From contig CP064994.1 of assembly GCA_016699975.1 (NCBI GenBank), forward strand, positions 711,828-775,827: a stretch of 64,000 nt of DNA, written 5' to 3'. The position numbers and the translations under genes were made by a program. Shown here piece after piece: positions 49,075 through 59,619 of the stretch (positions are counted from its first letter, which is position 1; the number at the start of each line of letters is the position of its first letter). The notes beneath the pieces are model-generated. The model made no database searches. It was not told the DNA's origin and saw only the letters and a program-made list of their open reading frames with translations. This DNA is from Candidatus Moraniibacteriota bacterium. GTDB taxonomy: Bacteria > Patescibacteriota > Minisyncoccia > Moranbacterales > UBA1568.

Positions 49075-49838
49075 GCGTAAACTGGATCGGCATACGAAGC
49101 ATTTTTCTCAAAGAAATCGGCCGGTCGAAAGACGTGGCGATACAGGCATTCGTTTCTCCGGTGCTTTCAACCGTCCTCTACTTTTTGGTATTCGGAACCG
49201 CCATCGGCAATCGTCTCCCAGACCACTTTGGCGTTCCCTACTCGGCCTTCATTGTTCCGGGACTCATCTTGATGGCGCTTCTTATGAACTCTCTGATGGC
49301 CGCCTCAAGCGGCATTTACTTCCCGCGCTTCATCGGGACAATGAGCGATCTCCTCTCGGCGCCACTCTCCCTCTTCGAAATCACCTGTGGCTTCGCGCTC
49401 GCTGCTGCAGCTCGCGCGATCGCAATCGGCGCCACGATTTTTCTCGTCGCTTCACTCCTTACCACCGTTCCTGTCGTTCATCCCGTGCTCGCTCTCATTC
49501 TCTCTGTGCTCATCACCTTCTCCTTCGCGACTCTCGGACTCATCCTTGGCATCTGGGCAAAAGATTTCGAACAACTGAGCCTGGTTCCCACACTTATCCT
49601 CACGCCCCTCTCATTTCTCGGCGGAATTTTTTATTCAATCGAGATGCTCCCGGGCGCGTGCCGCACTCCAACACTTCTTAACCCCATCTACTACCTTGTG
49701 GACGGGCTTCGTTTCAGTTTCTTCGGTGTGTCGGACACGAATCCCTGGCTTTCCTTCGGCGTTGCTTTCGCGTTTCTCGCTTTTTGTCTTTTCTTTCTTT
49801 CGCTTCTCCTCCGAAAAGGCTACGGCATGCGGCAATAA
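49071..49838 (+). CDS. ABC-2 type transporter permease
   Basis: 255 aa with 6 predicted TM segments. 4-nt overlap with the ATPase gene. Confidence 0.8.
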   Translation: MSVNWIGIRSIFLKEIGRSKDVAIQAFVSPVLSTVLYFLVFGTAIGNRLPDHFGVPYSAFIVPGLILMALLMNSLMAASSGIYFPRFIGTMSDLLSAPLSLFEITCGFALAAAARAIAIGATIFLVASLLTTVPVVHPVLALILSVLITFSFATLGLILGIWAKDFEQLSLVPTLILTPLSFLGGIFYSIEMLPGACRTPTLLNPIYYLVDGLRFSFFGVSDTNPWLSFGVAFAFLAFCLFFLSLLLRKGYGMRQ

Positions 49839-49876
49839 ACAAAGGGGCCACTCAAAATCACGAGAGGAAAAAGAAT

Positions 49877-49915
49877 AAAGACGACCTCTTACAATGAGGT
49901 CGTCTTTGTTGTTTC
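49877..49915 (+). terminator. rho-independent terminator
   Basis: AAAGACGACCTC-TTACAAT-GAGGTCGTCTTT (12-bp stem) followed by GTTGTTTC. Confidence 0.6.
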
Positions 49916-50383
49916 AAAAGCAATTCCGGCGAGCATTTGCAGAATCTCTTTCTTCACAAGCGATTTTCTCTGTGCTCAGAAACTGAGTCGTCCCCTCAGT
50001 AATCAGAATACCTTAATTATCATTTAATTTTCCCAGATTGAACTTACTGCCGTATCGTTCAAATATTTTCTCAAGATCATGGAGCATATTTTGGAGTATC
50101 TGCATGAGACAAAGGAACAAAATCAACAAATCCGAGCGCTTCATACGATTCCAACTCCCTTCCAAATTCTCCGTCATCACACACTTTAATCAACTTCGAC
50201 ATTTGGCCCTGCCAACAAAGAACCTGCGCCTCCCAAAATAATTTTTGAAAAATCTTGAAGATTTTCTGGTCACAAAGAGTGAATAAATTTCACTTCACTG
50301 AAATAGAGGATTTTTATCCTTTTATTCTTGAAAGCTCAGACCAATTCGTGAAGAATTTTAAGAAATTTACCAACAAGAATTTC

Positions 50384-51202
50384 TCACTTTGTGAGCTCCT
50401 GCTCCTCGCGGGCAAAAACGCGATTTTCAATCGGCGCGTCACCAACAATTGCCCCGTCCATAAGAGAGAGCATGCGTTTCCCGTGACGCGCTGTCGTCGA
50501 TTCGTGCGTCACCAAAATAACAGTCTTGCCTTCATCGTTTAATTTTTGCAAAATCGCCATCACAGCAAGTCCTGATTTCGAATCGAGATTTCCCGTTGGC
50601 TCGTCGGCAAAAATAATATCCGGATTATTGACGAGTGCGCGCGCGATCGCGACTCTTTGCATCTCGCCACCAGACAACTGATTGGTAAAATACGAAGCGC
50701 GATGTTCCATTCCGACTGCAACCAAAGCTCGCATTACGCGATCGCGCGCTCGGCTTCCTCCCAAGGCGTTCCGAAAAATTCCAAGAGACGAAAGAAATGA
50801 ATGCCACCCGCTTTCTTCTGCCACTCCCCGAGACTCCCGACGCTTCGATTCGTACATATCATAGAGAAGCGGGAGTTCAACATTTTCGAAGACGCTCGTG
50901 CGCGGCAAAAGGTTGAAAGATTGGAAAACGAATCCTAAATTTTTATTGCGTATTTCGGCGAGACGATCCGATGAAAACGCATTCGTATCTTCTCCTCCCA
51001 AAAAATATGACCCCGCGGTGGGACGATCGAGAAGCCCAAGGAGATGCATCAGTGTCGACTTTCCCGAGCCCGACGGGCCCATAAGCGCCACAAATTCGCC
51101 CCGATCAATGGAAAACGTTGCCCCGCGAAGCGCGACCGTTTCCACCGCTTGGTCGGAGAGGTACGTTTTTCCGAGCGCGCGACAAACAATAAGTGGCGTC
51201 AT
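50384..51202 (-). CDS. ABC transporter ATP-binding protein (MacB/LolD-like) with an internal ~25-aa insertion
   Basis: Walker A GPSGSGKST, Q-loop, signature LSGGEMQRVAIARAL and Walker B IIFADEPTGNLD. An extra segment, SKRRESRGVAEESGWHSFLSSLGIFRNALGGSRARD, lies between the Q-loop and the signature. Confidence 0.85.
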   Translation of the reverse strand: MTPLIVCRALGKTYLSDQAVETVALRGATFSIDRGEFVALMGPSGSGKSTLMHLLGLLDRPTAGSYFLGGEDTNAFSSDRLAEIRNKNLGFVFQSFNLLPRTSVFENVELPLLYDMYESKRRESRGVAEESGWHSFLSSLGIFRNALGGSRARDRVMRALVAVGMEHRASYFTNQLSGGEMQRVAIARALVNNPDIIFADEPTGNLDSKSGLAVMAILQKLNDEGKTVILVTHESTTARHGKRMLSLMDGAIVGDAPIENRVFAREEQELTK

Positions 51203-51220
51203 ACCGTGAATCTTCCGGAA

Positions 51221-52539
51221 TTATCGCTTTTCTGCGTCGGAAATAATCGCATCGTTTTCCGACAAGCCGGAGAGAATCTCAATCATTCCATCGTCGCCGC
51301 GAAGCCCCGTCGTTACCATCCTTGTCTCGACGCGCGCATCAGGAAGAAGGACGCGAGCCTGCTTTGTCTCTCCCGATTCTTTCAGCAGGCGTTCGGGAAG
51401 GAGAAGCACGCCTCGCTTCTCAGAAATATGAATGTCGGCGTCTCCCGTCATTCCCGGCTTGAGACGTTCATCGCGGTTCGATAAGCGAAGTTTCGCTATA
51501 TAATAAACGACGTCTTGAATCACCGTAGCGTCTGGCTCCACGGAAATTACTTCGGCCAAAACGGTGTCGCCTTCCTCGAAGGCGTCGAAAGAAACCGTGG
51601 CGCCCATCCCAGAGCGCAGACGCGTTACATCCGACTCAGGAACTTTTACTTCAAGCAAGAGATCGTATGAAAGAAGTTTTCCGAAAGGGCTCGCGATCGA
51701 AGTGCCGACCACTTCGCCTTCCTCGTAATTCAGTTTCACAATTTTTCCATTTACCGGCGCGACGATTGCTGCTCGTTTTCCATTCTCAAGCGAAACAGCA
51801 TATGCGGCTTCCGCCGAACGAAGGGCGCTCGTTTCGAGTAAGCGTTGCCCCGACGAAGTGAGGGTTTCGACTTTCTCGCGCGCGGCACTCCACGCATTTT
51901 TCGCGGCAGTAACAGAGTTCTCACGATTTTTTTCGATTGTCTTGCGAGCTTCATCCGCCGATTTTCGGGCGTTTACTGCGGTCGTCAAGGTAAGCTTGGC
52001 ACTCCGCGATTCACTACTGTCTTCCCCTCGAGCATCCACCACTCCTTCATAATATTTTTTTGCGTCCGATTCGTAATCCTTGGCGTTTTGGTACGCAGCA
52101 TCCGCTGCCTTCCTCTCTTGATCTGCCGCACTCTTTACGGATTCGTAGTACAACTTCGCATCCTCTGCGCACGCGATGCTTCCCGCGTCGTTTCTTCACG
52201 GAGAAGCGACTCTGCTGAAGCGCGATCGACCGCCGCCTTTGCGCTCGCAATCTGTCCGTCGAAAGTTTTCGATTCGAGTCGCGCAACTGGCTCGCCCGCT
52301 GCCACATCCTCCCCAACTTTCACAGAAACGGAGGCAATACGGCCAGTCATTTCGAAATTGAGATCAATCTCTTGTTCCGCAACAAGAGTCGCACTCGCGG
52401 ACACCGTTTCACGAAGGTCTCCACGCACAACCTGAGTCGTTTCGTACGAAGGAGGGGCATTCACTCGACGAAAGTACCACCATGCCCCGGCGCCAACCAC
52501 AAGAAAAAATATGAGGATGACAATTCGCTTTTTTTTCAT
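51221..52539 (-). CDS. efflux transporter periplasmic adaptor (HlyD/MacA-type membrane fusion protein), frame broken
   Basis: N-terminal fragment: TM, then VVRGDLRETVSASATLVAEQEIDLNFEMTGRIASVSVKVGEDVAAGEPVARLE. C-terminal fragment: coiled coil, then APVNGKIVKLNYEEGEVV and a beta-barrel. They lie in different frames, with the shift somewhere in 52150-52210. Confidence 0.8.
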
Positions 52540-52681
52540 ACAAAGAAAATTCGGGAAAGTTTTTGAGAGGAGCATTCAGCCATTCTTCAGTCGCCCGCAC
52601 CCGCGATGAGAAAAAACGGGATTCAGAGCCTGAAAGAAAGAGAACGACATGCACCAATTCCTTTTCCCCATCAAAAATTTT

Positions 52682-53179
52682 TCAAGCAGGAGAAGAAAGA
52701 GGAGCCGACTCTTCTTTGCCTCGAGCGGCATCAAGCGCCTCGTTTACCATGCGATCCGCCTCACGATTCTCTTCGCGACGAACATGGTGAAAACTGACCT
52801 CCTCAAACCAACGCTTCGCTCCAGTAATACGATCGAACCACTCTTTCATTCGTGGGTGTTTCACTCGGTAACGGCCGGTTAACTGCCGCATCGCAAGCTC
52901 GCTATCCATTCGACATTCGAGGTGAACGGCGCGAGCACGCTCATCTCCCACTTCCTGACGCACCCGATCCATGCCAGAAAAAATCGCAGCGTATTCGGCC
53001 TCATTGTTAGTGCCATGACCCAAGAACGTTCCGTAGCGGATATCCAATGTTTCAATAAAGACTCCAAGCGCCGAAGGTCCCGGATTTCCTCTCGAGCCTC
53101 CATCGGTATACATCACAATTTGTTCCATGCTCATGACGAGTTTCTTGAAAATTTCTCTCTCCTGTGTTTCCTCCTCCAT
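52682..53179 (-). CDS. rnhA: ribonuclease HI
   Basis: VMYTDGGSRGNPGPSALGV...TNNEAEYAAI...MDSELAMRQL...REENREADRMVN carries the RNase H DEDD residues. Confidence 0.85.
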   Translation of the reverse strand: MEEETQEREIFKKLVMSMEQIVMYTDGGSRGNPGPSALGVFIETLDIRYGTFLGHGTNNEAEYAAIFSGMDRVRQEVGDERARAVHLECRMDSELAMRQLTGRYRVKHPRMKEWFDRITGAKRWFEEVSFHHVRREENREADRMVNEALDAARGKEESAPLSSPA

Positions 53180-53295
53180 TCTGAAAAGAGTATACCACTC
53201 TTTTCATCTCAGGAAAAAGAAAACTGCCAGGACTTCTTTTGAAGTCATGGCAGTTAAATGATTTTGATTGAGGAATTGAGGCATGCCAAATCCTT

Positions 53296-53808
53296 CTAGA
53301 GTAGGTTCTGGGACTCAGCTGCAAGTCGAGCCCTATACTCAGCCTCACTGATGATTCCAAGGAGGAGACGGAACGACCAGCGAGTTTGCAAAGCTGTGTC
53401 TCCGGACAATTCGCCCTCGGAAGGAGGTCTTTGGTACATTCTTCCCAACAGATAGCAGTGAATATTCGTATGAAAAAGGATGCACTGAGCATAGATCCGG
53501 GCTTGTAAAAGTTGTTCTTCAGAAACTTGTTTCTGAAGAACTTTTATTACTTTTGCATGCCGTTTCATGAATGCAAAGGACCCCTCCTCATTGATAAGCC
53601 AAAACACTTCATTCTCTGCCAGGGTTCTCTCAGAAAGACCGTTTGCTCTCGCAAATCTCCCGATCGCGACATTCTGTCGAAAGAAAAGCACGAGGAGTAC
53701 AATAACAGCCCCTTCGAATTCTTTTATATCGTCAAGGAACCATTTTGAATCCTGTGATTCCAAAAATCCACTGACTCTCTTTTGAAAAATAGCAAAATGT
53801 CTATTCAC
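53296..53808 (-). CDS. hypothetical protein
   Basis: 170-aa ORF, mostly helical in character. No motif recognised. Confidence 0.45.
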   Translation of the reverse strand: MNRHFAIFQKRVSGFLESQDSKWFLDDIKEFEGAVIVLLVLFFRQNVAIGRFARANGLSERTLAENEVFWLINEEGSFAFMKRHAKVIKVLQKQVSEEQLLQARIYAQCILFHTNIHCYLLGRMYQRPPSEGELSGDTALQTRWSFRLLLGIISEAEYRARLAAESQNLL

Positions 53809-53956
53809 ATTGCCTCCTTAAACTCAGTCTTGCCTCTTTCGAAGTCAAGAAGACAACAAAAAAACGCTTCAACGAAACGCCTCTAAAAAAATATCAATCT
53901 TGGTGTTCGTTTCAGCAGCCGAATTGTAAAGGAACTCCTTTACAACTGACTCAATC

Positions 53957-55669
53957 CTATGTCTCCGACCGACAAATGTCAAGAAGCCTTAACTCAAGCT
54001 TTACGGAGCCATTCCAGTGATTCTCTTCCACTTCTCCTACCACGTCGATACTTTCTCCCGAAGAAAGTTTCCCCCATCTTTCTCCCAGGCCGAATCCAAT
54101 CGCCCCGAAAATTTTTCCATCACTTTCGAGTGAAAGTTTGAGGTGTTTTTCGCCGTTTCCGACGCAACGACTCTCTCGCACAGAAAGAGCGCGAAAAAGA
54201 AAAGTGGGTGTCTTGTTTCCCATGCCAAACGGCGCGAGCTTTTTTATATGTTCAAGAAATGCGAGGGTTATTTCTCGAGGCGAGAGTTCGAGATCAATGT
54301 CAAGCGTCGGTGTCATATCCGTTTCCGCCAGCTTCTGATTCACAATCGATTCGAGTTTTTCGTAAAACAAAACAAGGTTCTCGTTTCGAATCGTTGCGCC
54401 CGCTGCCTGCGCATGACCGCCGAATTTCTCAAGGAGTTCCGAGCACACACCAATTGCCTCAATGATATTAAGTGCGGGAATACTGCGAAACGATCCCGTG
54501 CTCTCGGTCTCGCCTTTCGCGAAGACAGCTGTTGGCTTCCCCAGCTCGTGAGCGATTTTCCCCGCGACAAGCCCCGCGACCCCAAGCGGGTAGTGCTCTC
54601 CTACTGCAAAGACAAGCTTTCGATCCTTGTAAAGATTTTCGGCGACAGCACGTACTTCATTTGCCAAGGCTTCACTCACTTTTTGCCGAGATCGGTTTTG
54701 GTTTTCGAGTTCAAGAGCGAGGAGACGCGCCTCGCTTCGCGATTCAGTCATCAAGAGTTCGTGTGCCGCTTTTGCATGAGCCATACGGCTCGCCGCGTTG
54801 ATCCGAGGTGCGATTTGAAACGCGATCATCTGGGCATCGGGGATCTGGTCTTCGTCAATGCGAATATTTCCCACCTGGAACATTTCCTGCAATCCCACGG
54901 ATCTCGTTTTCGACAAGACGATGAGTCCGTATTTTACGAGTATGCGATTTTCCCCGACAAGCGGCATACAGTCTGCTACCGTTCCGATCGCTACCACATC
55001 AAGAAGCCATTTGAGTTCTTCTGTTCTCTCCGGCAGAAAACGCGCAAAGAGAGCACGAGCAACCGTAAAAGCGGTTCCCGCACCACAGAGTTCGCGAAAC
55101 GGGTAATGAGAAGCAGGAAGCTTCGGATTGATAATCGCAAAAGCGGCCGGCAATTCTTCTGGGACGTGGTGATGGTCGATGACGACAACTTCCATGCCCC
55201 GTCGGTTCGCATCGGCAATTTCCGCATGGTTCATCATGCCGCAATCAACGGTGAAGACAAGTCGTATACCTTCGCGTTCAAAGACGTCGAGTGCATTTGG
55301 GTGGAGACCGTGGCCTTCGGTTGTTTTGTCGGGAATATAAGGAACAACCCGCAGAGAAAGTCGCTCGAGCGCACGCCGAAGTACGACCGAAGACGTAATA
55401 CCATCAGCATCATAGTCTCCAAAAATTCCGATCGTTTCACCATTTTCCCGCGCCTCGCCGACACGCGCAACCGCCTTCTCCATATCCGGAAACAGAAAGG
55501 GATCACCAAGATCGGTTTCGTACACGGGACACAAAAAAGCGCGGCGCTCCTCTTCGGTTTCCACGCCACGATTTTTGAGAAGAAGGGTAAGTATCGATTC
55601 TCCCGAAATATTTTCTTTTCTTTGGGGAGACGAAAGAAGATTCCAGCGACGATTCATGCAAAAAGACAT
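53957..55669 (-). CDS. recJ: single-stranded-DNA-specific exonuclease RecJ
   Basis: DHH motifs (IGIFGDYDADGITSS, TVDCG, VVVIDHHH) and a DHHA1 region (GGHAQAAG). Confidence 0.9.
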   Translation of the reverse strand: MSFCMNRRWNLLSSPQRKENISGESILTLLLKNRGVETEEERRAFLCPVYETDLGDPFLFPDMEKAVARVGEARENGETIGIFGDYDADGITSSVVLRRALERLSLRVVPYIPDKTTEGHGLHPNALDVFEREGIRLVFTVDCGMMNHAEIADANRRGMEVVVIDHHHVPEELPAAFAIINPKLPASHYPFRELCGAGTAFTVARALFARFLPERTEELKWLLDVVAIGTVADCMPLVGENRILVKYGLIVLSKTRSVGLQEMFQVGNIRIDEDQIPDAQMIAFQIAPRINAASRMAHAKAAHELLMTESRSEARLLALELENQNRSRQKVSEALANEVRAVAENLYKDRKLVFAVGEHYPLGVAGLVAGKIAHELGKPTAVFAKGETESTGSFRSIPALNIIEAIGVCSELLEKFGGHAQAAGATIRNENLVLFYEKLESIVNQKLAETDMTPTLDIDLELSPREITLAFLEHIKKLAPFGMGNKTPTFLFRALSVRESRCVGNGEKHLKLSLESDGKIFGAIGFGLGERWGKLSSGESIDVVGEVEENHWNGSVKLELRLLDICRSET

Positions 55670-55694
55670 TCAAGCAAACACAGAGGAAAAACAA

Positions 55695-56249
55695 TTACGG
55701 TATGCAAATCAGTTCTGCCTCGAAGAGGCGTGTGGAAGCATCTTTGAGTCGCATGCGAAGCACAAATTGCTTCCCATCATTTTCGGAACACGAGAAATTC
55801 GATGGGAGGCGCATGTCCGATGCGAGCCGCTGCGCATCAAGCGACCACGGATCAAACGCAATCCGATACTCCATTTCAGCAACCAGAGAACGAAGACGAG
55901 CCACAACTTCGTTGGGCGTCACCACGTCGCGGACAATAAAATCGTTCACACCCATTTCTCTGGCGCGCTTTTGGTCTTCCTGGCGACCCAAGTGAGAACT
56001 AAACGCGATTGGAAGAGAAGCCGTCGTCACATTTTTTCGAAGCGCCTCTGTCAAAGCGAAGCCATCCATTCTCGGCATGATAATTCCGGTAAAGACGATG
56101 TCGGGCCGATTGGCGGTAGCAAGTTCCAGCCCTTCAAGTCCATCTTTGGCTTCGGTAACCTCAAATCCCGCCCCTCGAAACACTTCCGCATAGAGGCTAC
56201 GCGTATCGGTATCGTCGTCGACCAAGAGAATTTTAAATACTTTATTCAT
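55695..56249 (-). CDS. response regulator receiver protein with a short uncharacterised C-terminal domain
   Basis: KILLVDDDTDTRSLY...DIVFTGIIMPRMDGF...PIAFSSH is a REC domain. Start taken at MNKVFKILLVDDD (56249). Confidence 0.8.
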   Translation of the reverse strand: MNKVFKILLVDDDTDTRSLYAEVFRGAGFEVTEAKDGLEGLELATANRPDIVFTGIIMPRMDGFALTEALRKNVTTASLPIAFSSHLGRQEDQKRAREMGVNDFIVRDVVTPNEVVARLRSLVAEMEYRIAFDPWSLDAQRLASDMRLPSNFSCSENDGKQFVLRMRLKDASTRLFEAELICIP

Positions 56250-56329
56250 ACAATTTTCTGTAAAGAAAAGCCTTTCGAGCAAAAGTATAGCAGGAAAGAG
56301 AAGAAAGGAGAATGAGAGAACTGCGAGAC

Positions 56330-57334
56330 TCATTTTTGTTCGACATTTCTCCTCACAAACGTAAGAAAAGTAAGCGCAAGGAGCGCTGCTGAGAGAAATG
56401 AAATTGTTTTCCCGAACGGATTTGTAAGGAGCGCCACAATACCGATGAGTGCCGTGACGCTCGCGTACGAGAAAACGATTCGGCGATCCGACCACCCAAG
56501 CTCGCGCAAACGGTAGTGAAGATGCCGAAAGTCTCCCCCCAAAAAAGGGGATCGTCCCGAGCGAAGCCGCTCCACAATGACAGAGAGCGCATCGAGAACG
56601 GGCAGAAGAAGCGTGAGAAGTGCCGTCGCAATTTTCGTTCCGGACAAAACAGCAAAGGAAGCGAGCGTAAACCCGAGAAAGAACGAGCCCGCCGTGCCGG
56701 AAAATATTTTGGCCGGAGGAGCGTTAAAGAGAAGGAGTCCCGATACCGATCCCAAAAGTGCCATCGTAAGAATGCCAAGGGGCGGTTGGTTCACTTCCGG
56801 AAAGAGCGAGAGCACGAAGAGAATGAGCGAAGAAACGAGAGCAATACTCGGCAAGAGACCATCAATTCCGTCCGACCAGTTGAGAACATTCATAAGAAGT
56901 ATGACCCAGAGAAAAAGAATGATTCCCCCGAGAACTGCTCCCCCCGGGAGCGTATCAAAAAACACCGAGCCCACAAACGGAACAGGGACAGAGTAGATAC
57001 GCATCCCTCCCCACCCGATGAGTGCGACGAGCGCGCTCTGAAACAAAAATTGCACTTTCCATCCGAAGCGAAACACATCGTCCGCGAGTCCGAAAAAAAG
57101 GATGGCGACACACCCCACCATCACGATTCCAAGTTCTCTCGACACAACCAAGTGCGGATCCCACAGGAGCGCCATCACAAATGCAGGAACGATCGCGGCG
57201 CCACCAAAGCGCTTCCAGAAAGAAGGCACCCTCTCACCAAAACGGGATCGCAGATATTCCAAGAGAAAAAGAATCGAAACACAAATGCAAAACGCCAAAA
57301 GAAATGGCGGAAGAAAAAGTGAAATGATGGACAT
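56330..57334 (-). CDS. glycosyltransferase family 4 polyprenyl-phosphate sugar-1-phosphate transferase (WecA/MraY family)
   Basis: 334 aa, ~10 TM segments. GLADDV, NVLNWSDGIDGL and RSPFLGGDFRHLHYRL motifs. Confidence 0.8.
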   Translation of the reverse strand: MSIISLFLPPFLLAFCICVSILFLLEYLRSRFGERVPSFWKRFGGAAIVPAFVMALLWDPHLVVSRELGIVMVGCVAILFFGLADDVFRFGWKVQFLFQSALVALIGWGGMRIYSVPVPFVGSVFFDTLPGGAVLGGIILFLWVILLMNVLNWSDGIDGLLPSIALVSSLILFVLSLFPEVNQPPLGILTMALLGSVSGLLLFNAPPAKIFSGTAGSFFLGFTLASFAVLSGTKIATALLTLLLPVLDALSVIVERLRSGRSPFLGGDFRHLHYRLRELGWSDRRIVFSYASVTALIGIVALLTNPFGKTISFLSAALLALTFLTFVRRNVEQK

Positions 57335-57556
57335 ACCAGACTCACAGAAAAAGACAGGTCAGACGAGAAACATAAGAACAGGCACGGTTATCTCACATAT
57401 CTCACACAGTCTCACATAGAATCTTCCAGAAGAGAGCGAAGACTCTTGGAAACACAGGGATGAAGCTCAAAAATTGTGGTGTTCCTCTGGTGAAAAAGGC
57501 GATGCTCGAAAACCAAACACCCTGAAACCCCCTTCAGGAAGAGTTCTTACTGAAAC

Positions 57557-57964
57557 CTAGTTCACCAGAATGAGCGCCGAAACCGCAATGAGCGCTGCGC
57601 CCTGCAGCAGAAATGCCGACAGGAGGAGAAGAAGCGCGGCAATCGTTTCTCCTTTTCGAAAAAAGGAAAAGGCGAGTACCCCATGAAGCATCAAGAAAAA
57701 AAGAGCGCTCGCAGGGAGGAGAAATGCCTGTTGCGCTCGTCCCGTGAGGTCGATGCCAAAATAAGCATTGTAGCGAAGCACAACCGTTTCATGTCCTGTC
57801 CCCAAAAAAAAGGCAACGAGTCCCCAAAGAAGAAGATTGAGACCTATCGAGAGCACGAGAAAAAGCGCGCGGCGCGTATCATGAACAAAAAGAGATCCCG
57901 AAGAAAGCGGTGTTTTTTTGGAAGCATCTCCATGAGGGGACACTGCTTCGGAATGCCGTTTCAT
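57557..57964 (-). CDS. hypothetical integral membrane protein
   Basis: 135 aa, 3-4 TM segments. 4-nt overlap with rmuC. Confidence 0.5.
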   Translation of the reverse strand: MKRHSEAVSPHGDASKKTPLSSGSLFVHDTRRALFLVLSIGLNLLLWGLVAFFLGTGHETVVLRYNAYFGIDLTGRAQQAFLLPASALFFLMLHGVLAFSFFRKGETIAALLLLLSAFLLQGAALIAVSALILVN

Positions 57965-59131
57965 ACAAGTCGCGCTTCTCTCGTTTCCCCACCCTCCTCT
58001 CCCACACTTTCCGCAGCCCTTGTCTCAAGCTCCATCTCTGGTGTTCCTTCAATGCGAGTTCTCGTAATTTGATCTTCCACTTTCCCGAGTCGTTTGTCGG
58101 CTTCTTCGTACTTTTTCGCGGCATTCGAAATGTGACTCCCCAGCGTATCGAATTCTTTCGAGAAACGCTCATACTCGCGCCCGAGCCGATCCAGATTCCC
58201 CAAAATACTTTTCGCACGTTTCTCGACTTGCATGCCCTGAAGTCCCAAAAGGAGCGTTCGCATATAGGCATAAAAAGAATTTGGAGACACGGGAACAATT
58301 TTCTTTCGAAAGAGGTAGTCGGCAAGTCCGTCCCCTTCATTGTCTTTCACGACGATCTCGTAGTAGACGTTTTCTGCGGGAATATACATGAGTGCAAAAT
58401 CAGCGTCCCTCTTCGGGAACGATATATTTGCGGGCGATCGCATCGACATGCCGACGCACGTCCATCGAGAACAATTTGCGAAATTGCTTCCGACTCTCGT
58501 CGGAATCAGCCTCTACCAATTTTCGAAAATTTTCGAGCGGAAATTTCGAATCAATGCTAATAATGCCGCCCTTCAAATGTATCGCGGCATCAACCGTTTC
58601 GCCATTCTTAAAAGCATACTGAATCGAGTAATATTCCCGTGGGAAAATCTGCGACAGCATATCTTCGAGCATGAGCTCTCCAAACCCGCCACGAATTTTT
58701 GGCGAGCGAAGAATATCCTGAAGCGACCGCACGTCTTTCCCGACCTCAAGAATTCGACTGCTTGAATGCTTCACTTCTTGAAGCGCGACTCCTACTTCTT
58801 CGCGAACGCGTCCCATTTCGCCGCGAACCTCGGTAAACGATTTCGCGGCTCCGTCGAGGCGTTGATCGAGGCGCGCGGTATTGTCTTCGAGGCGGCGATT
58901 CACGTGCTCCTGAAAATTCCCAAGCTGCTGCAAAAAAGCTGACGAAAATCGATGAATGTCTTCCGCACTCGCTCGCTGCATGGTTTCCATCCGCCGCGCA
59001 AGATCATCACGCATCAATTCGGTTTCTCGAGAAGCCTCTCCCTTCCCACCAAAAAAGCGGTCGAACAAAAGAAAGAGAAGGATACCGAGAGCGACGAGGA
59101 GCATTGTAATTTCAAAAGCGTTCATGAACAT
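57961..59131 (-). CDS. rmuC: DNA recombination protein RmuC, frame broken
   Basis: N-terminal TM and coiled coil, then PKIRGGFGELMLEDML...DAAIHLKGGIISIDSKFPLENF. The second fragment continues DFALMYIPAENVYYEI...VSPNSFYAYM. The junction is near the C3/G3 run at 58406-58408. Confidence 0.85.
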
Positions 59132-59619
59132 GGTATAAAATTTTGAGAACGACTTCCACCTTCTTCGGAAGACACATCCTTCGACGTTTGCAAGAAGGAG
59201 TCACTTGTTTTGAGAAAGAGAGGAGATCAGGAAAAAGAGAGATGGGCGAATATTTTTCTTCGAGTTTATCCCGCAAAGCAGCATGAAGGATCGGGGAGAT
59301 GTTTCAAACGAGAGCGGTGAAACTCGAAGAAGAGAAGGAGGTTTCCGAGCGCGAAATACTGAGAAATGAAATGAACCAGAATTTTTAGTTATGAAGAATT
59401 TTTAAGGGAAACAGGTGTTATGTTCAAAACAATTTCCCAGAAACGATTCTGCCTCCTGACTCTTCGGAATATTTCTTCGTCCTTCCGACACCCCGAAAAT
59501 ACCTCTGCCGCTTTTCGATTCTACGATTTCACACACTTCCAGGAGACGCGCTTCTCGCGAAAGGCCCGAGGAGCAAAAAAGAAACCGAGAAAAAGACTGA
59601 AGAGAATGTCCACGATATT

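Noticed and set aside
54143-55747. 534-aa plus-strand ORF
   Set aside because: Antisense to recJ, which has clear DHH/DHHA1 motifs. The product is Arg/Ser/Lys-rich and low in complexity, as is typical of shadow ORFs.
56516-57322. 268-aa plus-strand Lys/Arg/Glu-rich ORF
   Set aside because: Antisense to the GT4 (WecA/MraY-family) membrane protein. The charged low-complexity product mirrors the hydrophobic codons on the other strand.
59132-59619. ~490-nt gap between rmuC and the wHTH gene, containing a 67-aa plus-strand ORF (59420-59623) and several 28-31 codon ORFs. Considered as an ncRNA or small-protein locus.
   Set aside because: I could not recognise tmRNA, RNase P, SRP or 6S signatures by eye. 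The 67-aa ORF is basic and low in complexity with no RBS. There is not enough evidence to call anything.
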